From an uncultured Candidatus Saccharibacteria bacterium (lineage in GTDB: Bacteria; Patescibacteriota; Minisyncoccia; Phycocordibacterales; UBA9973), in contig CAYNHU010000002.1 of the NCBI GenBank assembly GCA_964397435.1, positions 17,423 to 81,422 on the forward strand: 64,000 bases of DNA, given 5' to 3'. The position numbers and the translations under genes were made by a program. Under the pieces are notes generated by a model. That model saw only the letters and a program-made list of their open reading frames with translations. It was not told where the DNA came from and searched no databases. Below, one piece after another: positions 1-9,862 of the stretch; the first letter of the stretch is position 1, and every line of letters starts with the position of its first letter.

Positions 1-2
1 CA

Positions 3-341
3 ATGCTTCGCGGTATTTTGAAAAAAGCTACAGAACTTGGCAAAGATTTGAAGCCATATGAAATCACTCCCGACATGCCCATCACGCTCTATGAACCAGT
101 TGGCTGTGAAAAATGTAACAACACTGGTTACAAGGGACGTATCGGTATCTTTGAAGCCATTCACACAAACGAAGAAATGGAAAAACTCATCGTCACCGTT
201 CCTTCTGAGCGTGATGTAAAACATGCGGCTGATCAACAAGGACTACTCGATATGCGAGAAGACGGTGTTGTAAAAATTGTTCGTGGTATCACTTCAATCG
301 AAGAAGTAGCGAACGTCGTAGATTTGTACGAAACAGAATAA
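3..341 (+). CDS. pilB: GspE/PilB-family secretion/pilus assembly ATPase, C-terminal fragment (5' end outside window)
   Basis: The ORF is open at the window start. It carries the CEKCNNTGYKGRIGIFE motif typical of the GspE/PilB C-terminal zinc-binding domain. A hairpin terminator follows. Confidence 0.75.
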   Translation: MLRGILKKATELGKDLKPYEITPDMPITLYEPVGCEKCNNTGYKGRIGIFEAIHTNEEMEKLIVTVPSERDVKHAADQQGLLDMREDGVVKIVRGITSIEEVANVVDLYETE

Positions 342-361
342 GATAACTAAGACAAAAGAAA

Positions 362-392
362 AAGCCTCCGTGAAAGCGGGGGCTTTTAAATA
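362..392 (+). terminator. Rho-independent terminator hairpin AAGCCTCCGTGAAAGCGGGGGCTT followed by a T/A run
   Basis: A GC-rich inverted repeat plus U-tract lies directly after the pilB fragment stop. The hairpin closely resembles the one at 2378-2407. Confidence 0.5.
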
Positions 393-429
393 AAAAATGT
401 GATGTGGAAATAGTAGTGGAAAATGTGTG

Positions 430-999
430 TTACGACTGACCGGTTACAAGCTGTGCGTTTACACGCATAAATGTATCGAGGTTGCCGCGTTCTTTTTCGG
501 GTAGTAAAAATCGAAGGTGTTGCTGATCAACATAGTGAGGGATAAACTCCGCCAGGGCTTTTGTATAGGCCTCAGCAGTAAGTACTTTAGTAACGGCAGT
601 TTTGATTTGCTCGCTTCTGGCTTTGGCGTGTGCTTCAGTATGAGCATTATTAGCAGTCCAGTGTGTAAGCTTGATAGCGTTACCTTCGTTAGGGAAAATG
701 TTTCTCAGCAACTGAAGATATGTTGCCAATACTTTTTTCTCCAACTCTGTTGCTGTGCGGGCCTTTCTCATATCCTTACGCAAACCGATGTTTGAGTATG
801 GATCGTTAACAAGGTACACACCTTTACCTTTAAGTCCGCCTGTCGGGCATGGATTTGGTGTTAGGTTGTAATGTACACACAGCACGCTGTTTAAAATAAT
901 GCGAAGCGAAGGCCCATCGTGCAGTTGGGTTTCTTCTGTTTGACCAAGGCGCACGAGGCCGGTTGAATCAATGTGGTTAATTGCGCAAATCGTATTCAT
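430..999 (-). CDS. hypothetical protein (189 aa)
   Basis: Long ORF with coherent codon usage, divergent from ruvB. No recognisable motif. Confidence 0.45.
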   Translation of the reverse strand: MNTICAINHIDSTGLVRLGQTEETQLHDGPSLRIILNSVLCVHYNLTPNPCPTGGLKGKGVYLVNDPYSNIGLRKDMRKARTATELEKKVLATYLQLLRNIFPNEGNAIKLTHWTANNAHTEAHAKARSEQIKTAVTKVLTAEAYTKALAEFIPHYVDQQHLRFLLPEKERGNLDTFMRVNAQLVTGQS

Positions 1000-1366
1000 A
1001 TGAAAGTTAATTTAAAATGAACTTTAGCAATGAATATTCTATTTGGCAAATAAAAAAAGCATTAATCTCCAAACCATCCATATGCGACTGTGCCGCGTAT
1101 GCATCGCAGTCTTCAAGGATAGACCCAGTCGGAACCAGAACGTCCTGTCGGAATACGTACAAACCTGTTAGGGCTGATAGCTTAGAGATTAATGCCTTCT
1201 TTGGCGCACTTGTTAATGTGATTCACACTATACATGAGTTAAAAACACAGGGGAAGCCACGGCTGTGGTATACTCTGTGTATAAACTGTTAATACTGTGA
1301 TCTGAGGCTAGTATATCACCTTATAAGATTTCTGTCAAGCCCCCCTCCCCACGTATAATAGAGCCT

Positions 1367-2365
1367 ATGAATAACCAAGAAAACCGCCCACAATTCAATG
1401 ACCGACATCTTGACCAAACACTTCGACCAGATGCTTGGGATGAATACATCGGACAACACACTATTAAAGAAAATTTGAAGATCCTTTTAACCGCAGCAAA
1501 GGAACGAAACCATCCCGCAGAGCACATTTTGTTTTATGGACCACCGGGACTTGGTAAAACAACACTCGCGCACTTGATTGCTCGCGAAACGGGACGCCAG
1601 ATTAAAATCACTTCGGGTCCAGCAATCGAAAAAGTTGGTGATCTTGCTTCAATTTTAACTAACCTTTCTCCTGGAGATATTATTTTTGTGGATGAAATTC
1701 ATCGCCTTAATAAAATGATTGAAGAAGTGCTCTACCCTGCAATGGAATCAGGCGTGCTCGATATCATTATTGGTAAGGGACCTTCTGCTCGAACAATTCA
1801 GCTTGAGCTTCCACCGTTTACATTAATCGCGGCAACGACTCGTATCGCTTCCCTCTCGGCACCACTTCGTTCACGATTTGGTGGTGGCGTGTTCCGTCTC
1901 GAATTCTATTCACAAGAAGAAATTGAAAAAATTATTCGTCGTTCAGCAAACATTCTTGGTGTAACTGTTGATGATGAAGGTGTCACTGAAATTGCGAAGC
2001 GTGCTCGATTCACTCCACGAACTGCAAACTATTTCTTGAAGCGCTGCCGCGACTACGCACAGGTACACAAAAAAGATTTGGACAAAAAAACAGTCTTTCT
2101 CGCGCTTTCACTTCTTGGTATTGATGAACTAGGTCTCTCAGAATCTGACCGCGGCGTGCTTCAGACAATCATCGAAAAATTTAACGGTGGTCCGGTTGGC
2201 TTAAACACCATCGCTGCAGCGACAAGCGAAGAAGAAGCAACCATCGAAGAAGTTGTTGAACCATATCTTATTCAGCAAGGATTACTAGAACGAACTCCTC
2301 GAGGACGTATCGCTACTAAAAAAGCGTATGAACATCTGGGGTTTGAAGGATTTGAAGAAAAATAG
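1367..2365 (+). CDS. ruvB: Holliday junction branch migration helicase RuvB
   Basis: Carries the AAA+ Walker A motif [17 protein letters not shown] and a Walker B motif in [10 protein letters not shown], with RuvB-type N and C domains. Length is 332 aa. Confidence 0.95.
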   Translation: MNNQENRPQFNDRHLDQTLRPDAWDEYIGQHTIKENLKILLTAAKERNHPAEHILFYGPPGLGKTTLAHLIARETGRQIKITSGPAIEKVGDLASILTNLSPGDIIFVDEIHRLNKMIEEVLYPAMESGVLDIIIGKGPSARTIQLELPPFTLIAATTRIASLSAPLRSRFGGGVFRLEFYSQEEIEKIIRRSANILGVTVDDEGVTEIAKRARFTPRTANYFLKRCRDYAQVHKKDLDKKTVFLALSLLGIDELGLSESDRGVLQTIIEKFNGGPVGLNTIAAATSEEEATIEEVVEPYLIQQGLLERTPRGRIATKKAYEHLGFEGFEEK

Positions 2366-2377
2366 ATAAAAGAAAAA

Positions 2378-2407
2378 GAGCCTCCGTAAAAGCGGGGCTC
2401 TTTGTAT
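2378..2407 (+). terminator. Rho-independent terminator GAGCCTCCGTAAAAGCGGGGCTC plus T run
   Basis: Hairpin plus U-tract after the ruvB stop. It is a near-identical copy of the 362-392 hairpin motif. Confidence 0.5.
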
Positions 2408-2441
2408 ATAAGTTATGTAGAAAAGTTATTTAAACAACTTT

Positions 2442-2906
2442 CTATAATTTTTCAGTCACCGAACCGTGAATGTGTACAGTTCCGAGGTTACATTCGTAAA
2501 AATGAAATTCCCGGCATGATTGGATGTGTGTATGGCTTCCTTTCAGTTTATTGAAACTCAACTCACCTATACCTCCTTTTATATATAACTGCTGTTGTAT
2601 CTTGGAAGAATCGATGTTCAAACGGCCACGGTTTAAGTATTCACAAAACTCCTTTTCAATTTCGAGTACAAAAGGAATTGTTGTGTTATATATCTGAATT
2701 CTTCTGGTTGTTTGCTGTTTAGCAGTAGAAAGGGGTGGTTTATCAATAAAAAAGCGTTGGCTTTTATCTGCGATAAACCCCTCTAATATTTTATTGTAGT
2801 TGAACTGAATAAAATAATCTGCGCCTGTGCCTTTAGTACTAGTTGGTTTTGCTTGTATTGTGAAGTATTGAATTGTTAGGTAATTGGATTTCAGTGATTT
2901 AAACAC
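2442..2906 (-). CDS. hypothetical protein (154 aa)
   Basis: ORF between ruvB and yebC with no recognisable domain. A weak call. Confidence 0.3.
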   Translation of the reverse strand: MFKSLKSNYLTIQYFTIQAKPTSTKGTGADYFIQFNYNKILEGFIADKSQRFFIDKPPLSTAKQQTTRRIQIYNTTIPFVLEIEKEFCEYLNRGRLNIDSSKIQQQLYIKGGIGELSFNKLKGSHTHIQSCREFHFYECNLGTVHIHGSVTEKL

Positions 2907-2965
2907 TTTTTACACGTTACGTCAATAGTTGAATCCCCTATCTAAATCGAGTAAGCTAGAACAAT

Positions 2966-3499
2966 ATGAGTCACTCACAGTGGGAAAAGAAAAAAGGAAA
3001 GAAGGCAATTCAGGGAAGCGCTATTAGCAAACTCTACTCAAAATTAGTGCGTGTGATTACACTTGAAGCAAAAAAAGCAAACGGCAACAAAGAAAGCCCT
3101 GGTTTGAAAGCGGCAATTCAAAAAGCTCGCGATGTTGATATGCCAAACGACAATATTGAACGCGCAATCAAAAAAGCGACTGACCCAGCGGAACAGCTTG
3201 AACGCATGACATACGAAGCGTATGGTCCAGGTGGTGTTGCGATGATTATCGAAGCGCTCACTTCAAATCGCAACAAAGCAGCGCAGGAAATCAAACATAT
3301 TTTGTCTGAACATGGCACAGCGTTGGCAGGTATTGGTGCAGTGACCTGGGGTTTTACCAAAGAAGACAACGAGTGGACACCGACCATGACTGTGCCACTT
3401 GGTGCTGAAGATACTGCCCTCCTCGAAGCACTCGTTGATGAACTCGAAGAAAATGATGAGGTGCAAGCTGTGTTTACTAATGTAGAAGAAACTGCGTAA
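2966..3499 (+). CDS. yebC: YebC/PmpR-family probable transcriptional regulator, short 177 aa form
   Basis: N-terminal region KAIQGSAISKLYSKLVRVITLEAK...DMPNDNIERAIKKA is typical of the YebC family. The classic position immediately upstream of ruvC supports the call. Confidence 0.8.
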   Translation: MSHSQWEKKKGKKAIQGSAISKLYSKLVRVITLEAKKANGNKESPGLKAAIQKARDVDMPNDNIERAIKKATDPAEQLERMTYEAYGPGGVAMIIEALTSNRNKAAQEIKHILSEHGTALAGIGAVTWGFTKEDNEWTPTMTVPLGAEDTALLEALVDELEENDEVQAVFTNVEETA

Positions 3500-3978
3500 T
3501 GATTATTCTTGGTATCGATCCTGGATTTGAACGTCTTGGTATCGCGATTCTGAAAAAAGAACATGGTTCAAAAGAAGCGGTTCTTTTTTCTGAGTGTTTT
3601 ATTACACCGAAAACGAGCGATTTTACTGAGCGTCTTGTGCAGATTGGTAATCGTATTCAGGAACTGATTGATCTCTATCACCCAACACATCTTGGTATTG
3701 AAACGTTGTTCATTGAAAACAACCAAAAAACAGCGATGCATGTTTCGGAAGTGCGCGGCACCATTATATTTTTGGCAGCGCGTGCAGGGTTGCGTGTTTG
3801 CGAATATTCACCGCTTCAGATCAAATCCGCAGTAACGGGATATGGTAAAGCTGACAAAAAAGCGGTTATGCTCATGGTGCCAAAACTGGTAGCGCTTGAT
3901 ATGACGCAAAAGCGTCTTGATGATGAACTTGATGCTATCGCTGTGGCAATTACAACAGGTGCATCTGAACGTTTTTAG
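3499..3978 (+). CDS. ruvC: crossover junction endodeoxyribonuclease RuvC
   Basis: Starts MIILGIDPGFERLGIAIL, the RNase H-like fold of RuvC. Length is 159 aa and it overlaps the yebC stop (ATGA). Confidence 0.9.
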   Translation: MIILGIDPGFERLGIAILKKEHGSKEAVLFSECFITPKTSDFTERLVQIGNRIQELIDLYHPTHLGIETLFIENNQKTAMHVSEVRGTIIFLAARAGLRVCEYSPLQIKSAVTGYGKADKKAVMLMVPKLVALDMTQKRLDDELDAIAVAITTGASERF

Positions 3979-4099
3979 TTTTCCACAACTTTTCGATAAA
4001 AGCTATTTGCAGCAATTGTATGTATTTGATACAACATGAGCACGTTAGTAATTTTATTTGCTCGTTTCGGGGAACCGGACGATATAATCGTATAAAAGT

Positions 4100-4288
4100 A
4101 TGAGTGATGAAGAGGAAGTAAAAGAAGAAACAATCGACGAGGAAGCTATCGCTGATCTCGATGATGCTTTTGAAGCTGATGATGCATTTGCTGTTGACGA
4201 AGAACTTGGTCTCGTTGGTGATGTCAACGAAGAGGATGAAGATTTTGACACTGACTATACACTCGAAGACAGAGACGGAAACTACTAA
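4100..4288 (+). CDS. small highly acidic protein (62 aa, D/E-rich)
   Basis: ORF followed immediately by a strong GGGCCCCCTTCGGGGGCCC terminator. The antisense ORF 4054-4251 is its Ser-rich mirror image. Confidence 0.4.
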   Translation: MSDEEEVKEETIDEEAIADLDDAFEADDAFAVDEELGLVGDVNEEDEDFDTDYTLEDRDGNY

Positions 4289-4294
4289 AACAAA

Positions 4295-4319
4295 GGGCCC
4301 CCTTCGGGGGCCCTTTTTC
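4295..4319. terminator. bidirectional rho-independent terminator GGGCCCCCTTCGGGGGCCC flanked by A and T runs
   Basis: Perfect 8 bp GC stem. The T-run serves the plus strand and the A-run (a T-run on the minus strand) serves tyrS. Confidence 0.7.
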
Positions 4320-4320
4320 T

Positions 4321-5676
4321 TTACACAACAATTTTGATGAACGTAATCTTTCCGATTTTGAGTGTGACTGACTCGGTCACCTCGTATGCTGGATCAGTAA
4401 TCTTTTCTCCAGACTCGAGGTTAGTAACCGCGCCACCTTGTACGAGTCTGCGAAACTCACTTTTTGATGGGACAATTTCTTCTTTCAAAAGAATTTCGAC
4501 AAGTGGACCACTTCCCTTGATTTCTTTGATGTCATCGGGGATTTCTTTTTTCTGGAACTTGGTGATGAAATCTTGTTCTGCTTTGGCTGCTGCTTTTTCA
4601 CCGTGATATTCAGCAACAATCTGACGAGCAAGTTCCATTTTGAGATCTTTTGGATTTACTGAAGTATCATTGAGTGATTGTTTGATTTCTTCGAGGCGTT
4701 CGTATGGTGTGTATGTACAAAGTTCAAAGTAATTCAAAATTGAAGTATCTGGAATCGAGAGAATTTTGCCGTACATATCTCCTGGTTCGTCAGTGATACC
4801 AACGTAGTTATCAAGACTCTTGGACATTTTTTCTTTACCATCAGTACCTTCGAGGAGTTTAAATGAGAGCACTGCTTGTTCTGGCTGTTTGTTGAGACGC
4901 ATAACATCGCGACCCATGAGCATGTTGAATGTTTGATCTGTTCCACCAACTTCGAGATCACATGCGCCGTAAATACTTGCGATGAGTGTTGAATCAATAC
5001 CCTGGAGTACTGGGTACATCATTTCGTGCATGTATAATTCTTGTCCATTATTGATACGGTCCTGAAACATGTCACGCTCAATCAAACGTGCATGGGTAAT
5101 GTGACGAAGTGTTGAAAGAACACGAGTAAGTGAAACTGTTTGGATTTGCTGTTTCTTGAGTACCGATTTCTGCATTCGTGTTTCTTCAAAGATAACTGAC
5201 TTCCCTACAAATGAACTTGGATTGATGATGAGTGAATTAAAATTCACACGCATTCCTGCTGATGGTTCAATATCAGTCACATTCAAAAACCAATCAGAGT
5301 TTCGCATCCATGAAAATACTCGTGGGTCTTGGTTCAAGATTTTACCAACCTGTTCGAGGTATGTTTTCATGTTTGCTTCCATTTCTTGTTGGCTGATTTC
5401 TGGGCGCACTTTACTTTTACCTGTTGGGTCTCCAATCAAACTGGTGAAATCGCCTACGAGAAAGATGACTTTACAGCCGAGATCCTGGAGTTGGCGCAAT
5501 TTACGAAGAACTACTGCGTGTCCAAGGTGTAAGTCCGGTCGTGTTGGGTCAACGCCGAATTTAATCACAACTTGGTCTGGTGATTCGAGGAGTTTTTTCT
5601 TGAACGCACCGTTTGGGTCAATAAAACCACCAACGCCGCGTGAGAGTATTTCGTCAATAACGCTCATGTTTTTCAT
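4321..5676 (-). CDS. tyrS: tyrosine--tRNA ligase with C-terminal S4-like domain
   Basis: Class I aminoacyl-tRNA synthetase HIGH motif (HLGH), GDPTGK and KMSKS motifs. Start chosen at MKNMSVIDEIL (5676) rather than the ORF extension. Confidence 0.9.
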   Translation of the reverse strand: MKNMSVIDEILSRGVGGFIDPNGAFKKKLLESPDQVVIKFGVDPTRPDLHLGHAVVLRKLRQLQDLGCKVIFLVGDFTSLIGDPTGKSKVRPEISQQEMEANMKTYLEQVGKILNQDPRVFSWMRNSDWFLNVTDIEPSAGMRVNFNSLIINPSSFVGKSVIFEETRMQKSVLKKQQIQTVSLTRVLSTLRHITHARLIERDMFQDRINNGQELYMHEMMYPVLQGIDSTLIASIYGACDLEVGGTDQTFNMLMGRDVMRLNKQPEQAVLSFKLLEGTDGKEKMSKSLDNYVGITDEPGDMYGKILSIPDTSILNYFELCTYTPYERLEEIKQSLNDTSVNPKDLKMELARQIVAEYHGEKAAAKAEQDFITKFQKKEIPDDIKEIKGSGPLVEILLKEEIVPSKSEFRRLVQGGAVTNLESGEKITDPAYEVTESVTLKIGKITFIKIVV

Positions 5677-5733
5677 ATGGACCACTCTAGCATAAAACGG
5701 TAATTTTGTCCTTTGTAAAACGTCATATATGGT

Positions 5734-8274
5734 ATGATTGGTACTATGCAACATAGAGCAAAACATCATAAGCACACCATTATCAGAAACCTGATTATTG
5801 GTGCACTTTCAGTATGTCTCCTCACGGGAGGTATTCTTATTATCTGGCTCGCAACGCTACAAGTTCCTGACTTGCGATCTTTTGAACAGCGCTCCATTCC
5901 AAAATCAACTCAAATTTACGATCGAACTGGAAAAGTGTTGTTGTACGATTTTCATGGCGATATTAAACGAACAGAAATTGCTCTTAGTGAAATGTCGAAC
6001 TATGTTAAAAGCGCAACCGTTGCCATCGAAGACTCTCAGTTTTATACTAACAAAGGCTTTCGCCCGCTTTCATTTTTACGTGCTGCATTCATTAACCTTC
6101 TGACCGGTAGTTATACACAAGGAGGATCAACTATTACTCAGCAGGTTGTTAAAAATGCTGTTTTGACTCAAGAAAAAACAATCATCCGTAAACTCAAAGA
6201 AATTGTGCTCGCTCTCAAGGTTGATCGTCAGCTCTCAAAAGACGAGATTTTGCAGTTATATCTCAATGAAGCACCGTACGGTGGCACACTCTATGGAGTA
6301 GAAGAAGCTTCACAAACATATTTTAGTAAAAAAGCGGCAGATTTAACACTTGCTGAATCTGCATATCTTGCTGCAATTCCTCAATCACCGTCTCGATACT
6401 CTCCATATGGAACACACTTGGATCTTCTCGAGAATCGAAAAAATCTTGTGTTGTCTCGCATGCAAGAACTTGGTTTTATCACTCCAACAGAATACGCAGC
6501 AGCAAAAGCAGAAAAAGTTACATGGCAGCCTCGACAAGCTGGTGGTATTAAAGCGCCACACTTTGTTTTCTTCGTGAAAGACTATTTGGAAAATAAATAC
6601 GGTGAAGAAATTCTTGATTCTGGACTCAAGGTAATCACATCTCTTGATTACACTATGCAACAGACGGCTGAAGAAATTGTAAAGCGTCGCGCACTTGAAA
6701 ATGAAAAGAATAATGCTTCAAACCTCGCGCTTGTTGGTATCGATCCACGCAATGGCCAGATTTTGATGATGGTTGGATCTCGAGATTTCTTTGATAAGGA
6801 AATTGATGGTCAATACAATATTGTGACTGCAAAACGACAACCGGGTTCTGCGTTTAAGCCGTTCGTATATGCACTTGCCATGATGAAAGGTTTTACTCCT
6901 GAAACTGTGTTGTTTGATGTACCGACTGAATTTAACTCATACTGTACTCCATACGGCTCAGCAGCAAATGGTGTGCCCCAGTCATCATGTTACATGCCAC
7001 AAAACTACGATAGTTCATATCGTGGCCCACTTACGGTGCGTTCTGCGCTTGGACAATCAATCAACGTACCGGCAGTAAAAACACTCTATTTGGTTGGAGT
7101 ACAGAATGCGATTAAACTTGCAAATGACATGGGTATCACAACCCTCAAGGACGCAAAAAACTATGGTCTCACATTAGTGCTCGGAGGCGGCGAAGTTAAA
7201 TTACTTGATATGGCATCTGCATACGGTGTGTTTGCAACCGGTGGTGTTCGTCATGACCCCCTCGCAGTTCTTTCAGTTACAGATTCAAAAGGAAATGTTA
7301 TCGAGCAAGCAAACCCAGACGATACCGGTGTAGAGATTCTTCCAAAACAAGTTGCGCTCAACATCACTGATATTCTTTCTGATAATAATGCTCGATTGCC
7401 AGCGTTTGCGGTTAACTCAGCATTGGTAGTTAAAAACCATGATGTTGCAGTAAAAACTGGTACAACAAACAACTATAAAGACGCGTGGATTATCGGATAT
7501 ACTCCATCACTCGTTGTTGGTGGTTGGGCTGGTAACAACGACAATACACCAATGGCAAAAAAGGTTTCTGCTCTCTTGGTTGCACCAACATGGAATGAAT
7601 TTATGTCACGAATACTTTCAAATGTTCCGAATGAACCTTTTGAAAAACCAATAAAAGATCCAAACTACTATTCCCTCAAACCAGTACTCCGTGGAACATG
7701 GCAGGGTGGTGATGGATACTTCATTGATACAATAAGTGGAAAGTTGGCGACAGAATTTACACCAGAACAAACCAAAAAAGAAATTCTACAGCCAAACATA
7801 CACGACATTCTTTATTGGGTTGATAAAAATGATTTTCTTGGTCCACGACCATCAAACCCGGCAAACGATCCTCAATACAAAAACTGGGAAACAGCAGTAC
7901 AAAATTGGTGGGCAAATCATTCAGGACAGTATTCGTTCGGTGCACTTCCAGTAAAACCAACTGGATATGATGATGTTCACATACCCGCAAACAAACCTCG
8001 CGTAACTATCACCAATCCACAGTCTGGTGCACCACTCAATCCCGCTTCCCCTGTAACAGTTACTGTCAGTTCACAGGGTCCGTATATTATGAGTAAGTTT
8101 GATGTATTTGTAAACGATGCGTTTGTAGGCTCGCAAACAAATGGAAGTACATCATTCACCTTTATTCCAAATTCAGTTAACAATCTCCATTCAGTAAATG
8201 AATTGCGTGTTGTTGTTACAGATAGTGTGTTTAACACCGGGGAAGCAACAATATCATTTGTAACCAATAACTAA
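5734..8274 (+). CDS. class A penicillin-binding protein (bifunctional transglycosylase/transpeptidase, PBP1A family)
   Basis: N-terminal TM segment and glycosyltransferase motifs (EDSQFY, the RKLKE region). Transpeptidase motifs SAFKP (SxxK) and KTGTTN. C-terminal Ig-like extension. Confidence 0.9.
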   Translation: MIGTMQHRAKHHKHTIIRNLIIGALSVCLLTGGILIIWLATLQVPDLRSFEQRSIPKSTQIYDRTGKVLLYDFHGDIKRTEIALSEMSNYVKSATVAIEDSQFYTNKGFRPLSFLRAAFINLLTGSYTQGGSTITQQVVKNAVLTQEKTIIRKLKEIVLALKVDRQLSKDEILQLYLNEAPYGGTLYGVEEASQTYFSKKAADLTLAESAYLAAIPQSPSRYSPYGTHLDLLENRKNLVLSRMQELGFITPTEYAAAKAEKVTWQPRQAGGIKAPHFVFFVKDYLENKYGEEILDSGLKVITSLDYTMQQTAEEIVKRRALENEKNNASNLALVGIDPRNGQILMMVGSRDFFDKEIDGQYNIVTAKRQPGSAFKPFVYALAMMKGFTPETVLFDVPTEFNSYCTPYGSAANGVPQSSCYMPQNYDSSYRGPLTVRSALGQSINVPAVKTLYLVGVQNAIKLANDMGITTLKDAKNYGLTLVLGGGEVKLLDMASAYGVFATGGVRHDPLAVLSVTDSKGNVIEQANPDDTGVEILPKQVALNITDILSDNNARLPAFAVNSALVVKNHDVAVKTGTTNNYKDAWIIGYTPSLVVGGWAGNNDNTPMAKKVSALLVAPTWNEFMSRILSNVPNEPFEKPIKDPNYYSLKPVLRGTWQGGDGYFIDTISGKLATEFTPEQTKKEILQPNIHDILYWVDKNDFLGPRPSNPANDPQYKNWETAVQNWWANHSGQYSFGALPVKPTGYDDVHIPANKPRVTITNPQSGAPLNPASPVTVTVSSQGPYIMSKFDVFVNDAFVGSQTNGSTSFTFIPNSVNNLHSVNELRVVVTDSVFNTGEATISFVTNN

Positions 8275-8287
8275 TACTTGTGAGTAG

Positions 8288-8551
8288 TTAGCGAAGTTCA
8301 GAAACAGTTATGTTTGTTTCAGAAGCAATCCGTGTAAGGATTGCTTCTTTTTTTATATACAAAGCACTTTTTTTAAGTGGCGAAAGTCGTAATGTTAAAA
8401 CACCCTTTTTAAAGGTTACATCATTTTCATCTAGTTTAATTTTTGTTTCTTCAAAGACAATGCGGATGATTGTTGCACGATCAATAAGATGTTTCGAGAG
8501 TCGTGCTCGAAGGTTATGAAACAAACCACCAATGTGTCCGTTTGTTTCCAT
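8288..8551 (-). CDS. DUF721-like small protein commonly found next to dnaN/recF
   Basis: 87 aa ORF starting 6 bp after the dnaN stop. Pattern ...VTFKKGVLTLRLSPLKKSALYIKKEAILTRI resembles DUF721. Confidence 0.45.
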   Translation of the reverse strand: METNGHIGGLFHNLRARLSKHLIDRATIIRIVFEETKIKLDENDVTFKKGVLTLRLSPLKKSALYIKKEAILTRIASETNITVSELR

Positions 8552-8556
8552 AACAA

Positions 8557-9654
8557 CTAGCGATTCATTGGCATAATAAGATAAATAAAGTTTGGATCAC
8601 CAACGCCACGAACAAGAAGTGGGCGATTTGCTGCCATACAATCAAAAGAAACACTATCTGAAGCGATTGCATTCAAACAATCAAGTAAGTAGCGATAATT
8701 AATAACAAAAGAAAGTGGTTCACCTGAGAGTGTTGCATTAAGTTCAACTTCGTTTTCACCAATATCAGTATTTTTTGCTGATAACATACACTGTTTTTTC
8801 GCAGGATCAATAGTGAGTGTTATTTGATTAAACTTATCACTAAACAAAGTACTTGTTTTGATTGCGTTTTGTAGTTCTGATTTCAAAAGCACAACTTCTG
8901 TAACTTTTTCTTTTGGGAAAATTTTTCGGTATTCAGGAAACACTCCATCAACAACACGAGAGGTGATGTAGTAACCATCAAAAGAGATTGTTAAAAGATT
9001 TTTACTTAGCTTAAAAGAAACTTCAGTTTGAACTCCTGCAAGAATACGCATTAATTCAACAACATTTTTGTATGGAATAAGTGTTGGTTGGAAACCATAC
9101 AAACCCTTAACCTTTATTTTCTTTTCAGCAAGACGAAATGAGTCAGTTGCAGCAAAAGTAAGTGTGTCATCTTCTGGGTAAATATAAACACTTCCAATTT
9201 CAGGCTTAATATCTGTTTGTGCAGCGGCATAATAAACCGCTTCCAAGCCGTCTATAAACGCATTAGCGGGGATTTTAATGCTTTCAGCATCAATGGTCGG
9301 TATTGTAGGAAAATCTTCGTATGGGAACGTTTTAACTTGAATCTTTGATTGTTTTGTTTTAACGAGTAATGTTTCACCAACCTGTTCAAGTAAAACTTCT
9401 TCATTTGAGCGTGTTGTAGCAAAGAATCCTGAGAGAATGTTTCCTGGAACAGCAACAACTCCTTCTTTCTCAACCTTAGCTGGTATTTCAATTTCAATAC
9501 CGAGACTAAGATTTGTCGCGCGGAGCTTAAGTGATGATCCACTAGCGATACAAAGAATCGAAGAGAGAATTGGTAATGTGAGATTTTTACCTGTTACGCG
9601 TTCAGCGTGTAAAAGTGCGTTTTTAACTTTTTCACTAGAGCAATGTATTTTCAT
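8557..9654 (-). CDS. dnaN: DNA polymerase III beta sliding clamp
   Basis: 365 aa with a typical DnaN N-terminus (MKIHCSSEKVKNALLHAERV) and three-domain length. Lies downstream of dnaA. Confidence 0.9.
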   Translation of the reverse strand: MKIHCSSEKVKNALLHAERVTGKNLTLPILSSILCIASGSSLKLRATNLSLGIEIEIPAKVEKEGVVAVPGNILSGFFATTRSNEEVLLEQVGETLLVKTKQSKIQVKTFPYEDFPTIPTIDAESIKIPANAFIDGLEAVYYAAAQTDIKPEIGSVYIYPEDDTLTFAATDSFRLAEKKIKVKGLYGFQPTLIPYKNVVELMRILAGVQTEVSFKLSKNLLTISFDGYYITSRVVDGVFPEYRKIFPKEKVTEVVLLKSELQNAIKTSTLFSDKFNQITLTIDPAKKQCMLSAKNTDIGENEVELNATLSGEPLSFVINYRYLLDCLNAIASDSVSFDCMAANRPLLVRGVGDPNFIYLIMPMNR

Positions 9655-9862
9655 ATATATAACTTAGTACTATTACTATACCTGTGGATTAGTGGATAAC
9701 TTTTTCTAACCCTATAAAACAATGATTTTTAATGATTTTTAAAATGTTTTGCTGGGTAAAACTTTTTTTATTTTTTCTATACCTATTTTTTAGTTATTTT
9801 TTATCCACACTCTTTTTTTAGAAATTCACTTTTTAAACATGATTTCCACAGAGCTTTGCGTA
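9655..9862. promoter_or_regulatory. oriC-like AT-rich region with DnaA boxes between dnaA and dnaN
   Basis: Contains TGTGGATTA at 9683-9691, AGTGGATAA at 9691-9699 and a perfect TTATCCACA at 9801-9809. Also has a direct repeat AATGATTTTTA twice and long A/T runs. Confidence 0.6.

Noticed and set aside
1017-1292. 91 aa plus-strand ORF in the divergent intergenic region upstream of ruvB. Also considered as a structured ncRNA (SRP, tmRNA or RNase P) because of locally higher GC and small hairpins.
   Set aside because: The ORF has odd composition and sits in a promoter region. I could not recognise any conserved SRP (GGAAGCAGCCAAGG), tmRNA (tag peptide/TTCGATTCC) or RNase P (GGAAAGTCCGG) motif.
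4054-4251. Ser-rich 65 aa minus-strand ORF.
   Set aside because: It is the antisense mirror of the D/E-rich plus-strand ORF. Only one can be real, and the plus ORF is followed by a terminator.
5156-5695. 179 aa plus-strand ORF, and other ORFs of 60-180 aa nested antisense within tyrS, dnaA (10505-11161), pnp (47494-47852), the VirB6-like gene and similar.
   Set aside because: They lie fully inside strongly supported genes on the opposite strand and are typical shadow ORFs.
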